Part shown: one piece after another, positions 22,624 to 29,899 of the stretch | How positions within the stretch are numbered: the first letter of the stretch is position 1 | How the letters are laid out: each line of letters begins with the position of its first letter | Position numbers and translations under genes: made by a program | Notes under the pieces: model-generated | What the model was told of the DNA's origin: nothing | What the model saw: only the letters and a program-made list of their open reading frames with translations | The model's database searches: none | Assembly (NCBI GenBank): GCA_903904005.1 | Contig: CAIVAR010000185.1 | Span: forward strand, 17,052-81,051 | Length of the DNA stretch: 64,000 nucleotides | From: an uncultured Anaeromyxobacter sp. | GTDB lineage: Bacteria; Myxococcota; Myxococcia; Myxococcales; Anaeromyxobacteraceae | Direction of reading: 5' to 3'

Positions 22624-23937
22624 ATGCCTGAACTGACGGTTCACCCATTCACGTCCTTCGCGGAACTGTCCTCCATCCGGGAGGAGATGGACGCCCTGAA
22701 CCTGGGAGCCCGTCGCCCCTGCCCCTTCGCAACCTTCGAGTACCTCCAGACCCTGGTGGCGCACGACGAGTACGCCCGGCCGGACGACCAGATGCTCTTC
22801 CTGGCGGTGCGTGAGGGCAGCCGGCTGGTCGGGTACCTTCCCCTGCGGCGCCGAAGGGAGCGGGTGCTGGGGGTCGAGTGCCGGCGTATCGGGATGCTCG
22901 CGGACCACGACACCGACCGGCCCGGTCTCGTCGCCCGTGCCGAGGACGAGGCGCGCTGCTGCGAGGCCGTATTTCGGCACCTCCTGACACAGGACCGGAA
23001 CTGGACCTTCCTCGAGCTTCTCTTCCAGGACGCGGAGTCCGGGCTCGACCGGCTGCCGACGATGGCGTCCGGAAGGTTCCATGTGAGGCGCTTCGAGAAC
23101 ATGCCCAACACGACCGCGCCCCTGCCGTTCCGTTCACTGAAGGAGTACTACAAGGCGCTTGGTTCTTCCCACCGCCGGAACGTGGCGAGCCGGGGACGCA
23201 AGTTGCTGCAGGCTGGAAGGGTCGAGGTGGTCGCGTCGTGCGACCCCAGGGCCCGACGCGCACTCCTCGACCTCTTCCTGGACGTCGAGCGCAGGAGCTG
23301 GAAGGAAGCTGCGCAGGCCGGGATCCGTCGCCATCCGAAACGCATGGCGTTCTACCGGGAACTCTGCGAGCCGGGCCAGCCGCTCGCGCTCGGGTTCGAC
23401 ATCGTGCTCCTCGATGGCCTGCCCGTCGCGGCAAGCATCGCGGGGAGCTTCGAGGGTACATGGTACTCGCTCGAGGTTGCCTTCGACGAGGCCTATGACG
23501 ATGTCGGTCCGGGCACGCTTCTCTGGCTCATGACCTTCGGCAGCGCCATCCAGGCGGGCGCCCGGGCCTACAACCTGGGTGGGAACTATGCGTACTACAA
23601 GTCCCGCTGGGGCGGGGTCGTGACACCCACGGCCGCCATCCAGGTGTACCGGGTCCCCAGCATCCACTGGCTGAAGGCGCGAGGTGGGGAACTTCGGCGA
23701 CGCCTCCTCGGCAGCGAGACGGCGAGTGAGAACTTCAACCCCGAGCGGCGCAAGGTGGCAGGGGCGACGGACGAGGGGAAGCCGGAGGCGGACAAGGCTG
23801 GCCCCCGTCCGGTCCGGGAGGTCGAGCGGGAGGAGGCCCGGCGGGTCCTCCACGACCTCGAGGTTGCCGGTGTACCGCTCGTTCGCGTGGCCGGGCCCGA
23901 ACTCGAGGCCATCCTCCCCTTCCAGACGAAGACCTAG
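22624..23937 (+). CDS. FemAB/CelD-like GNAT-fold acyl(aminoacyl)transferase
   Basis: Start trimmed to MPELTVHPF. About 440 aa with a C-terminal GNAT-like block (GLPVAASIAGSFEGTWYSLEVAFDEAYDDVGPGTLLW...YNLGGNYAYYKSRWGG), typical of the CelD/BioF2-like/FemAB-related family. It is divergent from the ATP-grasp gene. Confidence 0.7.
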   Translation: MPELTVHPFTSFAELSSIREEMDALNLGARRPCPFATFEYLQTLVAHDEYARPDDQMLFLAVREGSRLVGYLPLRRRRERVLGVECRRIGMLADHDTDRPGLVARAEDEARCCEAVFRHLLTQDRNWTFLELLFQDAESGLDRLPTMASGRFHVRRFENMPNTTAPLPFRSLKEYYKALGSSHRRNVASRGRKLLQAGRVEVVASCDPRARRALLDLFLDVERRSWKEAAQAGIRRHPKRMAFYRELCEPGQPLALGFDIVLLDGLPVAASIAGSFEGTWYSLEVAFDEAYDDVGPGTLLWLMTFGSAIQAGARAYNLGGNYAYYKSRWGGVVTPTAAIQVYRVPSIHWLKARGGELRRRLLGSETASENFNPERRKVAGATDEGKPEADKAGPRPVREVEREEARRVLHDLEVAGVPLVRVAGPELEAILPFQTKT

Positions 23938-23970
23938 GACCTCCCGACGTCGAGCCGAGCCGAGGGACCC

Positions 23971-25125
23971 ATGCCCCGATTCTCCGTCCTGATGCCGACA
24001 TACAACCGCGCAGACGTCATCGGACGTTCGATCGAGAGCGTCCGGGCGCAGACGTTCGGCGACTTCGAGTTCATCGTCGTCGACGACGGATCCACGGACG
24101 GGACGAAGGACCTGATCGCTGGGTCCGACCCCAGGCTCCGCGTGATCGTCCAGGAGAACCGGGGGCTCCCCGGGGCCAGGAACACGGGACTCGCGGCCGC
24201 GAAGGGGGACCTCATCGCCTTCATCGACTCGGATGACGAGTGGACCCCTCACCACCTCCGCCTGGCGTCGGCGTTCTTCGAGGCCTTCCCGCGGGAACAC
24301 GCGCTCACGTCCGAGTTCTGGGAGGATTTCGGCAACCAGAACTACCTGAAGCACTTCCGGGTCGAGACCTCGGACTGGTATCCGGAGACGGCCCGGCGAA
24401 TCGGGTCCTCAGCATTCACCCAGCAGCCACCGAATGGCGACCCCTATCTCTGGTTCTACCAGCAGCGGACCGAGGTGGGCGACTGGGCCCGGGATGCGCT
24501 CCAGGAGTCGCCGTTCCCCCGGCCCCACCACTATTCGGGACGGATCTTCCAGGGGTGGCGCTGGGGCTGGCTGATGGCCATGCAACCGACGGTCATCACG
24601 CGCCACGCCATGGAGACGCTCGGCCCCCAGGACACGAACTCACCGGCCGCATCCGACTTCGGCTACCTCGCGGCGCTCTGCCGGGAGTTCCCGATGAACA
24701 TGCTGTCGATTCCGGGCTGCATCAAGCACGAATACGGAATCGGAAAGAAGCGGATCGCGGAGGACCACATCGTCACGGGCCGGGCCGCCGTCAGGTTTCA
24801 CCGGGAAGTTCTCCGCTACCTGGATCTCTTCTACCTGTCGGCAGCGCCCGACGACCCGGAACTGATGGCCCTGCGTGCGTTCCGGCAGTTCCTGGTCGGC
24901 AAGGCGGCGCTCTCGAAGGGGGAGCGGGACGTCGCGCTCGCCAATCTGTCGAGCGCAGCCAGGCACTACCCCGGCACGGACGTGGCGGCGCTGCTCTGGC
25001 TGGCTCGCCTGATTCCCAGCGGGGCACTTGCGGCCCTCGCGTACCGTGCAGGGCTCGACGCGGCAGCGATTCCCGAACGCATTCGCCGCCGCGCGGCCCG
25101 AGTCCTCGGAGCCTCGGGTAGGTGA
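23971..25125 (+). CDS. GT2 glycosyltransferase
   Basis: FSVLMPTYNRADVIGRSIESV...FIVVDDGSTDGT...AFIDSDDEW (GT-A DxD). Confidence 0.85.
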   Translation: MPRFSVLMPTYNRADVIGRSIESVRAQTFGDFEFIVVDDGSTDGTKDLIAGSDPRLRVIVQENRGLPGARNTGLAAAKGDLIAFIDSDDEWTPHHLRLASAFFEAFPREHALTSEFWEDFGNQNYLKHFRVETSDWYPETARRIGSSAFTQQPPNGDPYLWFYQQRTEVGDWARDALQESPFPRPHHYSGRIFQGWRWGWLMAMQPTVITRHAMETLGPQDTNSPAASDFGYLAALCREFPMNMLSIPGCIKHEYGIGKKRIAEDHIVTGRAAVRFHREVLRYLDLFYLSAAPDDPELMALRAFRQFLVGKAALSKGERDVALANLSSAARHYPGTDVAALLWLARLIPSGALAALAYRAGLDAAAIPERIRRRAARVLGASGR

Positions 25126-26042
25126 CCACCGGGTCGAAATTGTGGAAACGAGGAGTCGGTCTCCTCCTGGGTACGCTGGCGCTCGCCACCGTCGCGGTGC
25201 CCGTCCGCTCCGCACTGCTCGCGAGGGCCGACCTTCACCCGACCCGGCAACCCGTGCGGTCGCTCCAGGGCCGGGCGGACCTGGCGGGTTTCCAACCGGT
25301 CGCTTTTTCGGCGGCGGACGGGGTGGGGATCCGTGGGTGGTGGCTTCCTCCCCGGAACGGGTCGGCCATCATCCTGGTCCACGGGTGGGGCGAGAGCCGG
25401 GAGCAGATGGTTCCGCAAGCGTTGATGCTGGCCCGCCATGGATTCGGCGTTCTCGCATTCGACCTTCGGGCGCACGGGGAGAGCGGAGGTGAACTCTCCA
25501 CGTCCGGAGACCAGGAGCGGCGGGACGTGCGGGCGGCCATCGACTTCGCGGCGACGCGGCCAGACGTCGGCCCGGGGAGCATCGGTATCGTCGGGTTCTC
25601 CATCGGTGCGCTGGCCGCCGCCGACGTGGCCATCGATGACGGCCGCGTCGCGGCCATCGTGCTCGAGGCGATGCACGGGAGCCTGGAGGAGCTGGTGATC
25701 CACGACTACGGGGCACACGGATTCCTCACGGAGTTGCCGGCCCGGTGGACGTACAGGGCCAGTGGCGTCGATGTCGCCGACCTGGCGCCCGGAGAGCGGA
25801 TCTGCGGACTGGCTCCCAGGCCACTGCTGCTCATCTACGGTGAACGGGATCCGGAAGCGCCCGTGGGCGAAGGTCGCCAGGTCCTGGCCCGGAGTTGCGG
25901 GCCGGCGAGCATGTGGGTGGTCCCCGGCGGCGGCCACGGTGGGTGGAGTGGGGACGAAGTGGGTGCCCTGGAGGCCCGTCTGGTGACCTTTTTCAGCGAG
26001 AGCCTGGCATCTCGAGAAGTCCATCGGAGGAACGGCCTGTGA
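25122..26042 (+). CDS. Membrane-anchored alpha/beta-fold hydrolase
   Basis: GTG start overlaps the upstream stop (GTGA). N-terminal anchor GVGLLLGTLALATVAV. HGWGES, nucleophile elbow GFSIG, and later GERD and GGGH supply the acid and His candidates. Confidence 0.8.
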   Translation: MTTGSKLWKRGVGLLLGTLALATVAVPVRSALLARADLHPTRQPVRSLQGRADLAGFQPVAFSAADGVGIRGWWLPPRNGSAIILVHGWGESREQMVPQALMLARHGFGVLAFDLRAHGESGGELSTSGDQERRDVRAAIDFAATRPDVGPGSIGIVGFSIGALAAADVAIDDGRVAAIVLEAMHGSLEELVIHDYGAHGFLTELPARWTYRASGVDVADLAPGERICGLAPRPLLLIYGERDPEAPVGEGRQVLARSCGPASMWVVPGGGHGGWSGDEVGALEARLVTFFSESLASREVHRRNGL

Positions 26043-27487
26043 GCAAGCGCGAGCACCGGAAGAAGGCCTGGTCGAGTGGGCGCGACTGGGTGAAGAAGAT
26101 CGTCCGTCCGGTGGCCAAGGCTGCCTTGCCGAAGGGCCGCGAACTGCAGCCCGAGGAATGGCGTCTGGAGCGGGCGCCGGACGGCGCCCTCTCCCTCGGG
26201 CAGGTGGAACTGCGCGCGCTGTTCGAGAAATGGGGATCGCCGCTCCACGTGGTGGATGGGGAACGCCTGGACGAGAACGCGGCGCGCTTCATGGCCCGCC
26301 CCCCTGCCGCGGCCGGCTCGTGCGAGGCCTATTACTCCTACAAGACGAATCCGGTTCCCGGAGTCCTCCGGAGACTTCACGAGCGGGGTATGGGTGCGGA
26401 GGTGGTGAGCGCCTACGAGCTCTGGCTTGCCCTCCGGCTCGGCGTGCCACCTGGGAGGATCGTCTACAACGGTCCCGCAAAGTCGCCGGAGTCGGTCATC
26501 GAGGCCGTGCGGCGCGAGATCGGACTGCTCAACGTGAACTCCAGGGCCGAACTGGCCCTGCTGGCGGCGACGGCGCGGCAGCTCGGGAAGCGACCGAGGA
26601 TCGGTATTCGTGTCACCCTTCCCGGGGGCTGGTCCGGTCAGTTCGGGGAGAAGGTCCAGACCGGGGCCGCGATGGAGGCCTTCCGGGAGGCCCTCGCGAT
26701 GCCGGATCTGGATGTCGTGGCGCTGCACTGTCACCTCGGCGGCGAGATCGCATCCCTCGATCGGCTCGATTTCCTGCTTTCCGGAGTGCTCGCCTTCGCC
26801 GACGAGCTCCGCGCACGCCTCGGACTGGACCTGGAAATCCTCGACCTGGGAGGGAGCCTGGCGTGCCCGACGGTCGGACCCCGTCAGCGTCGAGCGAGCC
26901 GCGTGGCGGAGGCCCTGGGCCTCCAGCTCCCCCCGCGACCTCCCGAGGACGTGCTCGGCATCGACGCCTACGTCGCGAGGATCCGGGAAAGGGTGGAGGG
27001 GCAGTTCACGGCCAAGGGGCGAGCCACCCCGCGAGTCTTCCTGGAGCCAGGGCGCGCTGCGACCGGCAATACGCAGTTCCTGCTCTGCCGGGTGGTGCGC
27101 TTACGCGAGCCCGAACCCTCAGGGCTCGCCTGGGCCGTTCTCGACGCCGGGATCAACGTCGCGGACGCCGCGCGAAGCGAGTCCCATCAGGTGTTCGCCA
27201 TTGCCCCGCGGCCCGGCAGTTCGCGGAGGCCCTATCGTCTGGTCGGTCCGACCTGTACACCGGGTGACGTTCTCTACGGGGCATGCATGCTGCCCGAGCT
27301 CGAGGAGGGAGACGGGCTGGCCATCATGGACGCCGGAGCCTACTTCGTGCCGTACTCGACGTCCTTCTCGTATCCCCAGCCGGGCGTGATCCTGATCGAG
27401 CGCGGTCGTGTCGAGCCGATCCGCCGGATCGAGCGGTTCGAGGACATCGTTCGTCGCGACATCCTGCCGGAGGATCCGGGCCCCTGA
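26039..27487 (+). CDS. PLP-dependent decarboxylase, Orn/DAP/Arg decarboxylase (fold-type III) family
   Basis: GTG start overlaps the upstream stop (GTGA). PLP-Lys motif YYSYKTNP, HCHLGG, LDLGGSL, and substrate-site VGPTCTPGDVL. Confidence 0.85.
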   Translation: MSKREHRKKAWSSGRDWVKKIVRPVAKAALPKGRELQPEEWRLERAPDGALSLGQVELRALFEKWGSPLHVVDGERLDENAARFMARPPAAAGSCEAYYSYKTNPVPGVLRRLHERGMGAEVVSAYELWLALRLGVPPGRIVYNGPAKSPESVIEAVRREIGLLNVNSRAELALLAATARQLGKRPRIGIRVTLPGGWSGQFGEKVQTGAAMEAFREALAMPDLDVVALHCHLGGEIASLDRLDFLLSGVLAFADELRARLGLDLEILDLGGSLACPTVGPRQRRASRVAEALGLQLPPRPPEDVLGIDAYVARIRERVEGQFTAKGRATPRVFLEPGRAATGNTQFLLCRVVRLREPEPSGLAWAVLDAGINVADAARSESHQVFAIAPRPGSSRRPYRLVGPTCTPGDVLYGACMLPELEEGDGLAIMDAGAYFVPYSTSFSYPQPGVILIERGRVEPIRRIERFEDIVRRDILPEDPGP

Positions 27488-27577
27488 CGGGGACCGCTGG
27501 GGGGCAGCGCATCCTTGGCGCGTGCGCCCGAAAGGCGAGCGGAGCAAGCCCAACGCGTCAAGTCCTCGCCCGTGACG

Positions 27578-29107
27578 CTAGATGCCCCGCAGGCGGCGGA
27601 GTCGGTCGCGAAGCGACCTGGACATGCCAACCCCGTCCAGGACCCTGCTCACGACGTTTCGCAGGCGAACGGGCTCCGGTGGATTGATCGGCTCCATGAG
27701 CACCTCCGGCCAGAGGCGTTCGATCAGGCGACGAAGGAAGACGTGGTCGGGTGGCCTGCGCTCGCCCTCGTCCACGGTGAGCATCCCCATGACCAGGTGG
27801 CGGCTGTTGAGCGGCGAGAAGGAGTCCTGGACGATGTCGAACTCGGACCGGATGAGCGCTTGCCATCTGCCCACCATCTGCTCCCAGCAGAAGAGGTCGA
27901 GCAGGTGGATAGGCCCAGCCCTCGGAGCTCCCGCCAGCCAGAACTCGAAGGCACGGATTGCAAAGGGATGCGAACCCGCGCGGCACAGGGAGGCAAGGCC
28001 ATGCGGCGTCAGCGGCTCCCCTTCGCCGCCGGTGTTCCGATAAAGGCACTTCACGACCTCGGCCACGTCGCCCGTGATGCAGAGGCGGCCAGGGGGGCTT
28101 CCCTCCAGGAGGGCCTGGGCTTCCACGAAGCTCGTTTCCTTCGCCGACGGGTTGGCCTCGCGACACGCCGAGTCGAAGGACCCGTCGATACGGGCGGGTG
28201 GCAGGAGGAGCCTGTGCGCCATCCCCAGCCTGGAAAGGAGACGGGCCGGGATGGTGTGATCTGGAATGTCGCGCGGGGAGAAATGGTAGGCCAGCGTGAA
28301 GGAGTAGAGCCGATCCCGGTGCGGGCGCCCCAGGGCGAGCGTGAGGCGGCTGTCCCACCCCGCCGTCATGGAGAGCGCCAGGGGGTAGCGACGAGCCGCT
28401 GCCTCGACGGTCCTTTCCAGGATCCGCGCGCTCTCTGCCACGGGGTCGTTCCATCGGGGCAGCTCGGTCTCGCTGGTCGGCCAGTACCGATGCGCCGTGC
28501 CCTGGTCGAGGTCGAGGTAGTGATTGGGGAGGAGGGCGCGAATCCCCTCGAAGAGCGACGTGTCACCCGGCAGCCAGTAGGTCCGGCAGCCCGGCGAGCA
28601 CATGGAGTCGCGAGCCTCGGGATCGATGGAGGCGTCCAGCGCGGTGGCGAGCAAGCCGGGCTGGGAAGCGCAACGGATCCCCTCGGATGCGGCCCGCCGG
28701 CCGTAGTAGACCGATCGCTGTCCTCCCGCGTCGTGGAACAGGATCGAGCGCCGCTCGTCCATGGCCAGGAGCGCCCACCGGCCACCCAGCATGTTCGTGA
28801 GCTCCGGGAGACGGACCGCGTCGTCCATTTCCCGCAGCAGTCGCTCGAGGATGTCGAGGCTCGTCGCGGCCGGGTCCTCCGGGTCCAGCAGGAAGCCCAG
28901 CAGCGTCAACGAACGCCCGCCCGCAACGGCTCTGTGAAACTCGAGATCCGGGTGGATCGTCAACGCGAACTTGTCCGTGAGTTGAACGCGGTGCCAGCCC
29001 TCGAGTCCACCCAGGGGGGTCGGGCCAAGGAAGAACTGCCTCCTGAACCTGAGCCCCTCGGTCCGGGCATCGGACTCGACTGGCCTGTTGGGAGACCGGC
29101 CGGTCAT
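27578..29107 (-). CDS. Asparagine-synthetase-like (AsnB-fold) adenylating enzyme lacking the N-terminal catalytic Cys
   Basis: N-domain block GGRWALLAMDERRSILFHDAGGQRSVYY resembles the AsnB glutaminase-domain fold, but the protein starts MTGRSPN with no Cys2. The C-domain has a degenerate PP-loop LSMTAGWDSR in place of SGGxDS. Confidence 0.7.
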   Translation of the reverse strand: MTGRSPNRPVESDARTEGLRFRRQFFLGPTPLGGLEGWHRVQLTDKFALTIHPDLEFHRAVAGGRSLTLLGFLLDPEDPAATSLDILERLLREMDDAVRLPELTNMLGGRWALLAMDERRSILFHDAGGQRSVYYGRRAASEGIRCASQPGLLATALDASIDPEARDSMCSPGCRTYWLPGDTSLFEGIRALLPNHYLDLDQGTAHRYWPTSETELPRWNDPVAESARILERTVEAAARRYPLALSMTAGWDSRLTLALGRPHRDRLYSFTLAYHFSPRDIPDHTIPARLLSRLGMAHRLLLPPARIDGSFDSACREANPSAKETSFVEAQALLEGSPPGRLCITGDVAEVVKCLYRNTGGEGEPLTPHGLASLCRAGSHPFAIRAFEFWLAGAPRAGPIHLLDLFCWEQMVGRWQALIRSEFDIVQDSFSPLNSRHLVMGMLTVDEGERRPPDHVFLRRLIERLWPEVLMEPINPPEPVRLRNVVSRVLDGVGMSRSLRDRLRRLRGI

Positions 29108-29679
29108 GACACGCCTACGACACCCGGCCGGAGGTCGGGGCTGGTCGATGACTCACCCGCGAGGGCAGCACGGTGGAAGGTGACCCAGCGTTCAGTCCAT
29201 CGGAAGATCAGCGCCAGGTGGGTCACGGGACAGGACAGGTCGACACGCACGTCACGCAGCCGTTTCTGGACGGCCTCGAACTCGGCACGGGTGAGGCCGT
29301 GAGCAAGGGTCGCGTGAAGCTTGTAATCGGTCCCCCGCTCCAGCGCGTACGGCTCCACCCCGAAGCGATCATTTACCTGCGCCACCACCTGCCGCCGGAG
29401 TGCTTCCAGTTCTCCGTCGTGGTCGACGCCGAGGTAGGCGAAGCCTTCGGGAAAGAACCCGATGCCGTTGAACCGGAGGGTGAAGGGCCGGATGGAGAGG
29501 GCAAGGTCGGCGACGTGTCGGGCGAACGGACGAACGTCGGGTGCGAAGAAGCCGAGCTTCAGCGTCACGTGCGGCGGAGCGGAGAGCCCCAGGTTGACGC
29601 CGAATTCCTCCAGGATCTCGAGTTGCAGGCCGCGCATGAAGTTGTGCACCTCGTCACCGAGGAGCACGACATAGGCCAT
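29104..29679 (-). CDS. 2H phosphoesterase superfamily protein (LigT/cyclic phosphodiesterase-like)
   Basis: Two H-x-T-x motifs (PHVTLKLG and LHATLAHG) at the spacing expected for the 2H fold. The stop overlaps the downstream start (ATGA). The start is uncertain: ATG 29679 (MAYVVLLGD) is preferred, with upstream options at 29790 and 29838. Confidence 0.7.
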   Translation of the reverse strand: MAYVVLLGDEVHNFMRGLQLEILEEFGVNLGLSAPPHVTLKLGFFAPDVRPFARHVADLALSIRPFTLRFNGIGFFPEGFAYLGVDHDGELEALRRQVVAQVNDRFGVEPYALERGTDYKLHATLAHGLTRAEFEAVQKRLRDVRVDLSCPVTHLALIFRWTERWVTFHRAALAGESSTSPDLRPGVVGVS

Positions 29680-29899
29680 CTGGAAGGAAGGTCCAGGGCT
29701 GGGCGGAAGCCGCAGCAGCCGGTTCCTGAACTTGCGGACGATCCGGCCGACCCTCGTCACTCTCCAGTGGGGCAATCCGGTCGAGTTCATTGAGAGGGCC
29801 GCACGCCGATCCAGGACGAAGGACCGAATACCTCGCACGGTGGCGTCGGCGGTGTCAATTCCGCCGGCGTCTCCGTGCGAGGAAGCGTTCCGCCCTCGT

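Noticed and set aside
26039-27487. Calling the PLP decarboxylase lysA (diaminopimelate decarboxylase)
   Set aside because: The family motifs fit fold-III decarboxylases in general. The extended N-terminus, the GTGA coupling to a locus-specific hydrolase and the glycan-locus context argue against assigning the housekeeping gene symbol without an alignment.
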